A stretch of 49,764 nucleotides of DNA from an uncultured Gammaproteobacteria bacterium (GCA_937922735.1 CALAJL010000120.1:1-49764), one strand, 5' to 3'; counted from the stretch's first letter, positions 11,384 to 22,374 are shown. Notes: generated from the letters alone by a model not told the origin. Numbers and translations are program-made.

Positions 11384-13459
11384 TTATAGCGAGAAATCGT
11401 AGTTTGGATGTTCACTAGGCGGCTGTAGGAAATTTCCTTGCGTGTAATTGATGCCGAGACTCCATAGTATGGAAAGCGTATCTGCATCTTCGATAAACTG
11501 AGCGATAACCTTTGTTCCCATCGGTTTTAATGCTTCAGCGATTTCTCGGATAGCATTTTGGTTTTCCTGATTTTCACTCACTTGAGACATTAAGCTATGG
11601 CAAATCTTCACGTAATTCGCTGGTATAGCTTTTAGAATTTTAGATGGATTGTCGCCTGCTCCAAAAGCATCAATCGCTATTTCAGACTTCAGTTCTTGTA
11701 GTGCGCTTACCAGTATTTTTGATTCTTTGAAGTTAGAAATTAAAACTTGCTCTTTTATTTCAAAACAAACAAAGCTTGGTGAAATATTATTTGTCTTAAA
11801 TTGAGCCTCTAGCCAATTTGGAAGATCCTTGTCGAGGATAGAGTTAGAGCTCAGTTTAATGAATAAGCGCATATCAGCGCCTTTGGTGCGTAGCTCAGAT
11901 AATTTCTTTAATGCATTTAGGATGATCCAGCGATCAAGCATTTTGCCAAAACCTGTGCGTTCAATACGCATTACAAACTCACTGGCAGGGACAAGCTCAT
12001 TATCTTTATTATGGAGAGCGGTGTAGATTTGATAACGTTCCCCAGGCTCACCATGTAAACTAATGATTGGTTGATATAGTAGAGCAAGTCTATTTTCCTT
12101 TACTGCTTCACGTAGTTGTAGCGTCCATCGTTCGTCTTTTTCTTGCTCACCCATTTGAGCGTCATCTGGTGTATAGATGACAATTTCATTTTTGTCATTT
12201 TCCCAGGCTTCATCACAACAGTTTTTAGCTTTATTTAGAATATCTGGGACATCAGTTGTGAATTGATCGATAGTAACGGCACCCACTGCTGGCTTAATAG
12301 AAATATAATCACTACCAGAAGTAGTCATTAATTCACCTAATTGTTTGATGACGTTCGCACCAAAAGCATTGAGGAACTTACGGTCAATATTTGAAGTAAG
12401 AACACCAAATGATTCTTCTGTTAATTTTGATAGCGTTTCATTTTCTGTACAGCATTCGCGCAATGCATTTGCGACATTGCTACTAACTTTATCAATTGCA
12501 GCAATACCAAATTTATCTTTTATGTCATTGAAGTTTGCAATGTCGATCTGAATAAAGGCTTGAGATATTTTGCCTTGTTTAGCTGCATTTGCAGCAGCAT
12601 CTAGCTGATCCATGATAGATCTACGATGATAGAATCCTGTGTGAACATCGCGTTCACTAAGATAACTAAGTTGATCCTCTAGTTCTTTAGTGTCTCCACC
12701 ACCTTCGCCAGGACTTTGAATAACAATTTGAATGCATTCTTCGCTAGCAACTGTTACTGCATTAAAACTAAATTTAGCCGTGAAAGTTTCTTCATTTTCT
12801 TTTTTGAAGGTTAATGTGGTTTCGCCAGCTTCTTTTGATTTTGAAAACTTCTTCAACAAGTCTTTCATTTTTGACTGATCATCAGGAGATATAAGATCCA
12901 TGATGGATAGTCCATAGAGTTCTTCGCTATTGCTGTGCCCAAATTTTTCTAAGTATTTGCTATTTGCATAGGTATGCATTCCTTCATGCAGGTAACATAT
13001 CGCATCGCGAGAACTTTCCATGAGTTTTTGGCAACGAGTTTCAAGTTCACCACAATTTTCTGCAACTTCTTTTAGTTGCTGGATATGGAATTGAGTCTTA
13101 GCTGCACCATTCACAACAAGTTGTAAATGTTCAGTATTGCTTTTGTTGACTAAAGTCGTAGCGCCTTGTTGCATATACGCAACAGGATCAATTTCTGATG
13201 AGTTGGTTAGAGCAATAATAGGTATTTCAGGCGCACGACCATTAATGGTTGATACTGTCTGTTCTAATGTTACTTCGTTGTCTTCAATTGCATGTAGGAC
13301 AATATGTGGCTGTGCTTCAGCAAGAAGGGTGGTTAAGTCATCCGCGTCTTGTGCTATTCGCGAGCGTACAGCAATCCCTGATGTTTTAATGGAACTGACC
13401 ATCTGTTCAACATCATTAGGACTGCTGTCAACGAATATGAGTTGCAGCGGGTGATTCAT
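11384..13459 (-). CDS. FimX-like REC-PAS-GGDEF-EAL protein with degenerate catalytic motifs
   Basis: 691 aa. N-terminal receiver-like fold has HIVLHA where the phospho-acceptor Asp is expected. A PAS-like region follows. The GGDEF position reads TEESF (KLTEESFGVL). The EAL position reads TAL (ERYQIYTALHN), with DAFG for DDFG and IKLS for INLS. Confidence 0.75.
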   Translation of the reverse strand: MNHPLQLIFVDSSPNDVEQMVSSIKTSGIAVRSRIAQDADDLTTLLAEAQPHIVLHAIEDNEVTLEQTVSTINGRAPEIPIIALTNSSEIDPVAYMQQGATTLVNKSNTEHLQLVVNGAAKTQFHIQQLKEVAENCGELETRCQKLMESSRDAICYLHEGMHTYANSKYLEKFGHSNSEELYGLSIMDLISPDDQSKMKDLLKKFSKSKEAGETTLTFKKENEETFTAKFSFNAVTVASEECIQIVIQSPGEGGGDTKELEDQLSYLSERDVHTGFYHRRSIMDQLDAAANAAKQGKISQAFIQIDIANFNDIKDKFGIAAIDKVSSNVANALRECCTENETLSKLTEESFGVLTSNIDRKFLNAFGANVIKQLGELMTTSGSDYISIKPAVGAVTIDQFTTDVPDILNKAKNCCDEAWENDKNEIVIYTPDDAQMGEQEKDERWTLQLREAVKENRLALLYQPIISLHGEPGERYQIYTALHNKDNELVPASEFVMRIERTGFGKMLDRWIILNALKKLSELRTKGADMRLFIKLSSNSILDKDLPNWLEAQFKTNNISPSFVCFEIKEQVLISNFKESKILVSALQELKSEIAIDAFGAGDNPSKILKAIPANYVKICHSLMSQVSENQENQNAIREIAEALKPMGTKVIAQFIEDADTLSILWSLGINYTQGNFLQPPSEHPNYDFSL

Positions 13460-13646
13460 AATTTCTCTAGTATTCCGTACTTTATATGGTTTTCGACTTC
13501 AAAGGACATTTTGGCAACTGGGTCAGGCTATGCAATAGGTAGGCGACAATGCCTTTATTTACACTTCTAAACGGTATGCGGCACGAGTGAAATGAGTAAA
13601 TTACCTGATAATTCAGATACTTCAAGAAATTAATCATATAATAAAC

Positions 13647-15422
13647 TTATTCTCCGCTTGGCATTGCCGGCATTTCACTATAGGAAAATCTAGCAAAGGA
13701 AATGGTTTGCTCTAACATATGTTGAAAGACGATATTCTGTGTTTTCCTATCTGATTGCAGAACTAAATGATCACCATTTTCAGCAGCATTAGGTGGTGTG
13801 ATGATTGTTTTGTTGACTCCGCTTGATGTGCTTTCAGTCAATTGTAAAATATATTCTAACTCGATTGTTTTGTCTGAGTTTCGATGAGAGTCTATTACTT
13901 CCATGAGTTCAACTTTTCCGTGTAAAACTTCGACACCCATTTTTACGCCTTGTTCAGTTAAAGATTGCATCCAACGGATTACACCTAATCGCCATTCGTC
14001 ATTGGGTTTATCTTCTAATCTAATTAAGATGATGTCACCGACTTGAGATTGATAATCAGATGTATTATTTGAGTTCAAGCAGTACCCGCCTTTGCTGGCA
14101 TTGCTAATATCCCATGTTTGAATGCTTGGGCTAAGAGTGATAGTGCTGTCATTGTCAGAAGCGTTATTTTCTAATTGTTGTTCATGTTTTTCTGCAACAA
14201 CATTGCCACGACTTATCCAATCCCAGGCGTTGGAGCTAGATACAAGATAATTATTTTCTTCTTCGTTATGGTCGTCATTAAAAAAAGTTGAAACTCGAGA
14301 ATTATCAATGGGCATTAATTCTAAGTTTGATTGGTTATTTATAGCGCCTGTTTCTTTAATTGTTTCTTTGTGGTTAGGATGCAGAATATCTATAGCATTA
14401 CGCATACCCATTACAAGATGTAATCTTCCTTTTGCTGGAACTGCTCTTTTAGAAGAGCGAATTGGTTTGCTGGTTAATTTTTTAAATAATCGTCTGCTTA
14501 ATGATTTACTTAAAAGGTCTGCTGACAGTGCCAGCTCAGCAATGTCTTTTTGATCAGTATGAGAAATTTCTTTTAACTCATTGATCAACGGAGTAGCGTT
14601 GATGTAACGATTTTTTGAAGAGATAGGTATTTCATCATTAGGAAGCAGGCGGACGGGCTGATGTAATGACAGATTGATATAAAATGTATGTTCGCAATCT
14701 GCAGGAACAATGTCGGATAGTTCTGAAAGTTGGCTAACCTTTCCAAGATACGCAGCAATTTTTCCGGCTTCACCATGTCCATAGGTATGTAAATTCGACA
14801 ATGATAAAAGGCAAGCATGTGTAAATAAACTTTTAGGTGAAGATTTGAGATTGGTATTATCTATTTCATTTTTAGTCTGGAGATCAGTCAGCTCAAAATG
14901 CTCTGCAATACTATAGAGTTGGCAGAGGTCTTGCCAAAAGCTTTGCGGTGGTTCCGAATATACTTGGGCTAGTGTTATATACTGTTCTAACTGATAGTAC
15001 ATAGCATGATGTACACAGGTTATTAACTTTTTACTGCTGAGTCGGTTGTCTCGGTTCACCGTTTCTTGAATGATCACCTTGTATGCAACGGCTAGCTCAT
15101 TGAGAATATTTTGCTGTAGCTTTAGTGCTTCATTTGCTTTTTTTGACAAAGGGAATGGTTGTGAGAGCAAGTATTTTCTTTGATTTTTCAGAAAATCATG
15201 AGCAACTGGGCGCATCAATTCAATTGCTGCAAGCCTTTGTTTAGTAGGATGTGCCTGACGGTTTGAACGTTTTAATCCGTTGTAGAATTGTTGTACAGCA
15301 AGATCTAGGTCAACATAAGGTAAGTTCTTAAGCCACTTGCGTAATTCTCGCGGTATTAGTGAAAATTTATTCTCAGCCAATGGATCTTGGCTAGGCATTG
15401 AGATTTGGGTATCGAGAAGCAT
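13647..15422 (-). CDS. Uncharacterised 591-aa protein with atypical PilZ-like C-terminal domain
   Basis: Long clean ORF directly upstream of, and co-oriented with, the FimX-like gene. The C-terminus has an NxSxxG-like motif (NASKGGYCL) and beta-rich GDIILIRLEDKPNDEWRLGVIRWMQ...GVEVL. No canonical RxxxR lies upstream. Confidence 0.5.
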   Translation of the reverse strand: MLLDTQISMPSQDPLAENKFSLIPRELRKWLKNLPYVDLDLAVQQFYNGLKRSNRQAHPTKQRLAAIELMRPVAHDFLKNQRKYLLSQPFPLSKKANEALKLQQNILNELAVAYKVIIQETVNRDNRLSSKKLITCVHHAMYYQLEQYITLAQVYSEPPQSFWQDLCQLYSIAEHFELTDLQTKNEIDNTNLKSSPKSLFTHACLLSLSNLHTYGHGEAGKIAAYLGKVSQLSELSDIVPADCEHTFYINLSLHQPVRLLPNDEIPISSKNRYINATPLINELKEISHTDQKDIAELALSADLLSKSLSRRLFKKLTSKPIRSSKRAVPAKGRLHLVMGMRNAIDILHPNHKETIKETGAINNQSNLELMPIDNSRVSTFFNDDHNEEENNYLVSSSNAWDWISRGNVVAEKHEQQLENNASDNDSTITLSPSIQTWDISNASKGGYCLNSNNTSDYQSQVGDIILIRLEDKPNDEWRLGVIRWMQSLTEQGVKMGVEVLHGKVELMEVIDSHRNSDKTIELEYILQLTESTSSGVNKTIITPPNAAENGDHLVLQSDRKTQNIVFQHMLEQTISFARFSYSEMPAMPSGE

Positions 15423-15646
15423 AATTCCTTACATAAACAAAGATTTAGCAAGTGCTAAATTAATTAAATTATTTCTGTATTTAAGTGTATAGATTAATAA
15501 GCTAGAACAGTGTGATTTCTACTGCGATTTGTCTATAAATACTGTGTGTTTATCTGGAAGAAGTGACGTTTAGAGATGAAGTGGAATTAAAGTGTGATCA
15601 TATTCTCAAATATTCCAGGATTAGGTCTTTTCAATGTGCTCATCAG

Positions 15647-16735
15647 TTAGTAGCTAATCAAGCTCTTGGATTGCTCGCTTGCAATCTCCCTAACTAATTT
15701 AGGAACTAAATAACCTGGTAAGTGATTGCTAATTTCACGCATTAGTGATCGTGCACTGTCTTCACTTACGTCGAAGTGAGCTGCGCCATCTACTTTGTCT
15801 AGTAGATGTAGATAATAAGGTAGTACTCCTGCACTAAATAATGTTTCGCTTAAATCTATTAAGGCGGATGACTGATCATTAATATTTTTTAATAACACGC
15901 TTTGATTTAATAGTGTGCAATTAATGTCTTTAAGTTTATGAAATAATTTATGCATTTCGATATTAATTTCATTAGCATGGTTTATATGTAATACCATAAT
16001 GACTTGTAATCTAGTGCTGTTCATCCAACGTAAAAGTTCATCATTAATACGGTTTGGTATGACTACAGGTAAACGGGTGTGTATACGCAATCTTTTTATA
16101 TGTGCGATGGATTCAAGTTTTCTAATAAGCTTTGTTAATTCAGAGTCGTCGAGTACCAGAGGGTCGCCACCGCTTAAGATGACTTCCGAAATACTTTGGT
16201 CTAGTTGTAATTCTTGGATGGCCTTGTTCCAACCTTCATTGCGTGGGTTTTGAGTTGAATAAGGGAAATGCCTTCGGAAACAATATCTGCAATGAATTGC
16301 GCAACGACTCGTTGCAAGTACTAACGCACGTCCATTATATTTTTGTAGTAATCCAGGAGATTTAATACTTTGTAAGTCACCTACCGGGTCTTTAATGTAT
16401 CCATCAATGTGTTTCTCTTCATGACTTGTTGGTAAAACTTGTAAAAGTAATGGGTCGTTGGGATTCCCATATTGCATTCGTTTAACATAGCTTTGTGGAA
16501 CTCTTAATGGGAATTGTTTATTCGCTTGGCAGCTGATTGGTAGTTGTCTAATTTCTAGCCCTAATGTTTGGCAAAGGTGCTCAATATTAGTAATTGAGGT
16601 TTTGTATTCTAATTGCCAGCTGGAGACTAATGGATTGATAGCGTTTGGATTTATTTCAACATTGGCGACTAGTTGATCTTTAGTATGAGAGCTTGAACGA
16701 TCTCGTGCTAGACTTGGTGTATTCGATGAACTCAT
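15647..16735 (-). CDS. epmB: EF-P beta-lysylation protein EpmB (lysine 2,3-aminomutase family, radical SAM)
   Basis: [11 protein letters not shown] radical-SAM CxxxCxxC box. Divergent from efp, as yjeK is in E. coli. Confidence 0.85.
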   Translation of the reverse strand: MSSSNTPSLARDRSSSHTKDQLVANVEINPNAINPLVSSWQLEYKTSITNIEHLCQTLGLEIRQLPISCQANKQFPLRVPQSYVKRMQYGNPNDPLLLQVLPTSHEEKHIDGYIKDPVGDLQSIKSPGLLQKYNGRALVLATSRCAIHCRYCFRRHFPYSTQNPRNEGWNKAIQELQLDQSISEVILSGGDPLVLDDSELTKLIRKLESIAHIKRLRIHTRLPVVIPNRINDELLRWMNSTRLQVIMVLHINHANEINIEMHKLFHKLKDINCTLLNQSVLLKNINDQSSALIDLSETLFSAGVLPYYLHLLDKVDGAAHFDVSEDSARSLMREISNHLPGYLVPKLVREIASEQSKSLISY

Positions 16736-16756
16736 ATAATTTCGTATTATTTAATT

Positions 16757-17326
16757 ATGGCAAACTACAATAGTAATGAATTTCGGGCAGGCTTGAAGCT
16801 TATTTTAGATGGCGACCCTTATAATATAATTGAAAATGAATTTGTTAAGCCAGGCAAAGGCCAAGCTTTTAACCGCGTAAAGCTTCGCAATCTTAAGTCG
16901 GGCCGTGTGGTTGATCGTACTTTTAAGTCTGGAGAGACCGTTGAAGCTGCAGATGTAATGGATACAGATATGCAGTACCTCTATAACGATGGTGAGGAAT
17001 GGCATTTTATGGAGCCAAAATCATTTGAGCAATTTGCAATGTCCAAGGATGCGGTAGGTGATGCAGCGCAATGGTTGAAAGGGCAAGAGGATTGTGTTGT
17101 AACCTTGTTGGATGGTATGCCTTTATCTGTGGCAGTGCCTAATTTTGTTGAATTACAAATTACCCAAACTGACCCTGGATTGAAGGGTGATACAGCGCAA
17201 GGTGGTACCAAGCCAGCAACTCTAGAAACTGGTGCAATTGTAAAAGTACCTTTATTTGTTGGAGAGGGAGAGGTTTTGCGCATCGATACAAGAAACGGTG
17301 AATATGTCTCGCGTGTGAAAGAATAA
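16757..17326 (+). CDS. efp: Translation elongation factor P
   Basis: 189 aa. Contains [18 protein letters not shown] with the modifiable Lys in the PGKG loop. Confidence 0.95.
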   Translation: MANYNSNEFRAGLKLILDGDPYNIIENEFVKPGKGQAFNRVKLRNLKSGRVVDRTFKSGETVEAADVMDTDMQYLYNDGEEWHFMEPKSFEQFAMSKDAVGDAAQWLKGQEDCVVTLLDGMPLSVAVPNFVELQITQTDPGLKGDTAQGGTKPATLETGAIVKVPLFVGEGEVLRIDTRNGEYVSRVKE

Positions 17327-17454
17327 GGAAGAATTAATAGAGTTGAGACAAATATATTGATACAAAGAATAAGGCTAGGATTAAGATTTGAAGGTTAATT
17401 TTGTGTGGATTAAGTATTAGTAATATGATTTTACCTAAGTCATTTCAAACATAA

Positions 17455-18387
17455 ATGTCTTGGGAGCCGAGTGCAACATTGAATGCTGTGCAGTTGCGCG
17501 CCAAAGTAAATGCACAAATTCGAACATTTTTTCATTCGAGAAATGTTCTGGAGGTGGAGACCCCTCTATTAAATCAATACGCAGTGACTGACTTTCAGAT
17601 CGAGAGTATTGCTACAGATAACGTTAAGTATCTTCATACCTCGCCAGAGTATGCGATGAAAAGATTGTTGGCTTCACATCAGTGCGATATCTACCAATTA
17701 TGTAAAGCTTTTCGAGCCAATGAAAGTGGGCATTTTCATAACGATGAATTCACAATGCTCGAATGGTATCGTGTTGGCTGGACCTATAAAGCGTTAATGA
17801 ATGAAGTGTCTGAGCTAATTACAGTATTGGTAAGCGATGTTGACAAGCCACTTAGCACTAAATATTTTAGTTATATTGAAGTTTTTGAAAAATATACAGA
17901 ACTTGATATTCGAACTGCAGGTCAAGATGATTATTTGCGAGTATGTGAAGATCACTCGGTGAACTTAAATTCTGCATTAAAGATTGATCAATATCATAAT
18001 CTTATTCTTGATCAAATTATTGTGCCAAAGTTTGATAAACATGCTCTGACCTATGTATATGATTTTCCAGCAGAACAAGCAGCGTTAGCTAAACTAAATA
18101 AACAAGGATTTGCGCAACGCTTTGAATTGTATTTCGATGGGATAGAGTTAGCGAATGGTTTTCAAGAGTTAACCGATGCAAAAGAACAAATGCTTCGTTT
18201 TGAGGAAGATAATCGAAAACGATTGTTAGAAAATAAAAAAGCGATAGAAATTGATGTTGAATTTATTAGTGCGCTTGAGGCCGGGTTGCCAGAAAGTGCT
18301 GGTGTTGCATTGGGGGTTGATCGATTGTTGATGAGCATATTGAATGCTAAGCATATCAATGAAGTCTTAACTTTTGCGGTAACTTAG
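17455..18387 (+). CDS. epmA: EF-P-lysine lysyltransferase EpmA (PoxA/GenX)
   Basis: 310 aa truncated class-II LysRS-like protein (LEVETPLL, TSPEYAMKRLLA, FTMLEWY, ELANGFQEL, GVALGVDRLLM). Located next to efp. Confidence 0.85.
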   Translation: MSWEPSATLNAVQLRAKVNAQIRTFFHSRNVLEVETPLLNQYAVTDFQIESIATDNVKYLHTSPEYAMKRLLASHQCDIYQLCKAFRANESGHFHNDEFTMLEWYRVGWTYKALMNEVSELITVLVSDVDKPLSTKYFSYIEVFEKYTELDIRTAGQDDYLRVCEDHSVNLNSALKIDQYHNLILDQIIVPKFDKHALTYVYDFPAEQAALAKLNKQGFAQRFELYFDGIELANGFQELTDAKEQMLRFEEDNRKRLLENKKAIEIDVEFISALEAGLPESAGVALGVDRLLMSILNAKHINEVLTFAVT

Positions 18388-18461
18388 AAGTTGTTTGTTA
18401 TTTGTTTTAGTTGAGCTTTGACTTTGGTATAAATTATCCAGTTATTTGTCTATTCAATTGT

Positions 18462-19307
18462 CTAGCCAATTACTTGCCCAATAGATTGACCCATTTTAAC
18501 AGTTTGTTGAATTTCTAAGCTGCTATTCCAATCAATCTTGTTTGTTTCAAAAGCAATGATTGCAGTGGATCCCATGTTAAATACTCCAAGCTCGTCACCT
18601 TTGTTTAAATGTATATTGCTATATGTTTTTCTAACAATATTTTTACCATGCGGTGGGGTAACTAAGCCTGCCCATGCCATTTCAATTGCTGCAACATTGA
18701 CGGCGCCCACCATTACTACAGCCATATACCCAAGTCTTGTTTTGAAGATGGATACTACTCGCTCATTTCTACTAAATAAGCCCTTAATGACTTCTGTAGC
18801 ATAAGGTGCAACGCTAAATAATCTGCCAGGGACATAAATCATTTCGACTAATTCGCCGTCAAAAGGCATGTGCACACGATGATAGTTTTTTGGTGACAAA
18901 TATACAGTTGCAAAATTACCGCTTTGGCAAAGTGTCCCATAGTTATTCGCACCACCCAAAAGCTGGGTTATTGAAAAATATTGACCTTTGGCTTGAATGG
19001 CCTGGTCATTTTCATAGTGGCTAATCTGGCTAATGCGCCCATCTGCGGGGCATGCAATAGAGTTTTTATTAGCATCAATAGGACGAGAGCCTGCAATTAA
19101 TTTCCGTGTGAAAAATTGATTGAAGCTAGCATAGTTTTCAGCATGCGCATGTTCGGATTCGCTCATGTCTACATCGAAGGCACGAATGAAAATTTTAATG
19201 GCAGGGTTTTTTAAAGGTGTTTGTAAACGTGTTAACCAAAAGGTAAAGCGTGAAACTAGATGATGTGGGAATAAATGAAATAACAACCCCTTGGTTTGTT
19301 TCCACAT
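18462..19307 (-). CDS. psd: Phosphatidylserine decarboxylase proenzyme
   Basis: 281 aa. Has the FNMGSTAI self-cleavage (G-S) motif near the C-terminus and the YHRVHMP motif. Confidence 0.9.
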   Translation of the reverse strand: MWKQTKGLLFHLFPHHLVSRFTFWLTRLQTPLKNPAIKIFIRAFDVDMSESEHAHAENYASFNQFFTRKLIAGSRPIDANKNSIACPADGRISQISHYENDQAIQAKGQYFSITQLLGGANNYGTLCQSGNFATVYLSPKNYHRVHMPFDGELVEMIYVPGRLFSVAPYATEVIKGLFSRNERVVSIFKTRLGYMAVVMVGAVNVAAIEMAWAGLVTPPHGKNIVRKTYSNIHLNKGDELGVFNMGSTAIIAFETNKIDWNSSLEIQQTVKMGQSIGQVIG

Positions 19308-19312
19308 AAGTT

Positions 19313-19981
19313 TTAGCTTTTGTTTTTTTCGTAGAGTTCACTAATGATTTTAAAATCATTAGCAATAATTTTTGCATCATGAGGTGTGCTGAATAGCGCT
19401 ACCATTTTGCCATTAGGTGCAGTAACAAAGATGTGTGCACTATGATCAACTAAATAGTTTTCTTCAGATTCATCACCAATTGCATAAATGGCGCCAACGG
19501 ATTGTGTGAGGTTATCAATTTGTTCTTTGCTACCCATTAGTCCAATCATGTCTTGATCGAAATGTTCAACATAATTTTTTAAATTATCAGGTTGATCACG
19601 TTTAGGGTCTACCGAGATAAAAATACTACGAGGTATAGTGCCAAAGCCCTCAAGCTCACTTGCGACTTGATCAAGGGTATTCAAGGTTAGTGGACACACG
19701 TCTGGGCAGTTGGTGAAGCCAAAAAAAATCATATTCCACGAGCCAATTAAATCCTGGTTATTGAAGGATTTATTTAAATGGTTGGTTAGTGAAAAACTCG
19801 GAAGTTCTCGGGGGTTGCTTTGAAGGCTGGTCGCTTTTTGTAAGCTTTCAGCAGTAATAGATTGCGAATCTTGGTAGCTATAAAAGAGTATACCAATTGC
19901 AAAAGCTGCAACTGCCGCAAGTAAAATATTTAAGCTGCGCCCATATTGGTGTGAGCCATTGAACGTCATGTTTTGATTCAT
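19313..19981 (-). CDS. SCO1/SenC family copper chaperone / thiol-disulfide protein
   Basis: 222 aa. N-terminal TM anchor and FFGFTNCPDVCP (CxxxC) motif, with a conserved His in DHSAHIF. Confidence 0.85.
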   Translation of the reverse strand: MNQNMTFNGSHQYGRSLNILLAAVAAFAIGILFYSYQDSQSITAESLQKATSLQSNPRELPSFSLTNHLNKSFNNQDLIGSWNMIFFGFTNCPDVCPLTLNTLDQVASELEGFGTIPRSIFISVDPKRDQPDNLKNYVEHFDQDMIGLMGSKEQIDNLTQSVGAIYAIGDESEENYLVDHSAHIFVTAPNGKMVALFSTPHDAKIIANDFKIISELYEKNKS

Positions 19982-20083
19982 ATATGCATTATTTCATAGC
20001 CAAGATTCGTGTATATCAAGCAAAATAGATAGTTGTATACAAACACGCTGCTATTCCTAACACCGATAAGCTACAATCTTGCA

Positions 20084-21181
20084 ATGTCTGGAAATTCAAT
20101 TGGTAAATTATTCACCGTAAGCTCATTTGGCGAAAGCCATGGTAAAGCCATAGGCTGTATTGTAGATGGTTGTCCTCCGGGCTTGGCGTTAAGTGAGGAA
20201 GATCTGCAAAATGACTTGGAGCGACGCAGGCCAGGTAAGTCACGCCATACCACGCAAAGGCGTGAGCCCGATCAAGTAGAGATTCTTTCCGGCACGTTTG
20301 AAGGCAAGACGACTGGCGCGCCAATAGGGTTAATTATCTATAACCAAGACGCGCGCTCGAAAGACTATTCTGAAATTATGGATAAGTTTCGACCGGGGCA
20401 TGCAGATTATACTTATTTGAAAAAGTATGGGTTGCGTGATTATCGTGGAGGGGGGCGCTCATCGGCAAGAGAAACGGCGATGAGAGTTGCAGCAGGTGGC
20501 ATTGCCCGTAAATATTTACAAGTGAATTACGGCATTAAGATTCAAGCTTATTTGTCACAGCTCGGTGAGCTAGAAATTGAGCATAAGGATTGGTCGGTTG
20601 TCGAAGATAATCCATTTTTCTGTCCAGATGAAAGTAAAGTGGCAGAATTAGAAACTTATATGGATGACTTGCGCAAACAAGGTGATTCGGTTGGTGCTCG
20701 AGTAAATGTTGTCGCGAGTGGAATGCCTGTAGGGTTGGGTGAGCCGATTTTTGATCGCTTAGATTCAGATATTGCGCATGCCATGATGAGTATCAATGCG
20801 GTAAAAGGAATTGAGATTGGTGCCGGCTTCGCTTGTGTTGCACAAAAAGGATCCCAACACCGTGATGAAATAATGCCGCAAGGTTTTGTTACCAACCACG
20901 CTGGTGGAACCTTAGGTGGTATATCTTCGGGTCAGGATATTCTCGCAAGTGTTGCGTTTAAACCAACTTCCAGTATTCGTATTCCAGGTAAAACCATTGA
21001 TAAAGATGGTAATCAAACTGAAATTATCACTAAAGGTAGGCATGATCCTTGTGTAGGAATTCGTGGTGTGCCAATAGTTGAAGCAATGCTTGCATTAGTG
21101 TTGATGGATCACGTGTTACGTGATCGTGCACAAAACGCAAATGTAACGTGTTCTACGCCTGATATTCCTGCGTCAATTTAA
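20084..21181 (+). CDS. aroC: Chorismate synthase
   Basis: [21 protein letters not shown]-terminus, plus [24 protein letters not shown] and KGRHDPCV motifs. Start moved from the TTG at 20033 to the ATG at 20084. Confidence 0.92.
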   Translation: MSGNSIGKLFTVSSFGESHGKAIGCIVDGCPPGLALSEEDLQNDLERRRPGKSRHTTQRREPDQVEILSGTFEGKTTGAPIGLIIYNQDARSKDYSEIMDKFRPGHADYTYLKKYGLRDYRGGGRSSARETAMRVAAGGIARKYLQVNYGIKIQAYLSQLGELEIEHKDWSVVEDNPFFCPDESKVAELETYMDDLRKQGDSVGARVNVVASGMPVGLGEPIFDRLDSDIAHAMMSINAVKGIEIGAGFACVAQKGSQHRDEIMPQGFVTNHAGGTLGGISSGQDILASVAFKPTSSIRIPGKTIDKDGNQTEIITKGRHDPCVGIRGVPIVEAMLALVLMDHVLRDRAQNANVTCSTPDIPASI

Positions 21182-21207
21182 CGCTGTCGTTTTAACGTTT
21201 CCTACCT

Positions 21208-22374
21208 ATGGCTGTTAAGCAGAAGGCTTCTGCAGAGCATCAATCGCTTGCGGGTTTTTATTTTTTTTACTTCGCTAGCATTGGTGCATTTCTTCCATAT
21301 TGGAATTTGTATTTAAAGCATCTCGAATTCTCAGCACGGCAAATTGGTGAATTATCAGCGGTTCTATTAGCAACTAAAATTTTTGCTCCTTATATGTGGG
21401 GTTGGGTTGCTGATCACACAGGTAAGCGCTTGTCTGCAATTCGTATCGCATCTTTTATTGGCATGATGATTTTTGCTGCAACGTTATTCTCTCAAAGCTA
21501 TTGGTCATTACTAATCGTTTTAGCGGGCTATAGTTTTTTTTGGAATGCTACCTTGCCTCAATTTGAAGCAGCTACAATGAATAACTTGGGTGATAGTAAA
21601 CATTTGTATAGCCGAATCCGTTTATGGGGTTCGGTAGGTTTTATTGTCACGGCTTCGTTACTTGCTCCCGCATTAGAAAAGTTTGGGATCCAACATTTAC
21701 CATGGATCATATTGATTATCTTATTACTTACTTGGTTAAATACATTATTGGTCAATGAGTCTCCACCCAGCTTAAAAAAGATCGCCTCCTCTTCCATGCT
21801 GAAGACGTGTATGCAGCCACAGGTGTTTGCATTGTTGTTAGCATGTTTTCTCATTCAAGCTAGCCACGGGCCGTATTACACCTTCTTTAGTATATATGCT
21901 GAAGATAATGGTTATTCTCGGTCATTAGTAGGTCAGCTATGGTCGTTAGGCGTATTGGCGGAGGTTGGGGTGTTTTATTACATGTACCGCTGGCTGCCTT
22001 TATTTGGGGCTAAACGCTTATTGGTAATCGCGATGTTACTTACGGTGGTCCGCTGGTGGTTAACTGCCTACTATGTGGAGTATTTATCTATACTACTATT
22101 TGCGCAATTATTACATGCTGCTTCATATGGGCTTTTTCATGCCTCGGCTATCCACCTTATCGATAAATATTTTTCGGGTAGTATCCAGGGCCGTGGGCAA
22201 GCGTTATTTGCAAGTATAAGTTTTGGTCTCGGTGGTTCGCTTGGTAGCTTAATGAGCGGGTATACTTGGAATACTATTGGGCCGGCTTATGTATATTTGT
22301 TGGCGATGGCAATAGCGATAGTCGCCTTAGTTCAGTACTTATGGATCGTTAAGCCAAGTTTAAGGGAAATTTAG
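21208..22374 (+). CDS. MFS transporter (HcaT/PPP-family-like, 12 TM)
   Basis: 388 aa, highly hydrophobic, with an N-terminal FYFFYFASIGAFLPYWNLYL motif typical of the MFS_1-like group. Substrate unknown. Confidence 0.65.
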   Translation: MAVKQKASAEHQSLAGFYFFYFASIGAFLPYWNLYLKHLEFSARQIGELSAVLLATKIFAPYMWGWVADHTGKRLSAIRIASFIGMMIFAATLFSQSYWSLLIVLAGYSFFWNATLPQFEAATMNNLGDSKHLYSRIRLWGSVGFIVTASLLAPALEKFGIQHLPWIILIILLLTWLNTLLVNESPPSLKKIASSSMLKTCMQPQVFALLLACFLIQASHGPYYTFFSIYAEDNGYSRSLVGQLWSLGVLAEVGVFYYMYRWLPLFGAKRLLVIAMLLTVVRWWLTAYYVEYLSILLFAQLLHAASYGLFHASAIHLIDKYFSGSIQGRGQALFASISFGLGGSLGSLMSGYTWNTIGPAYVYLLAMAIAIVALVQYLWIVKPSLREI

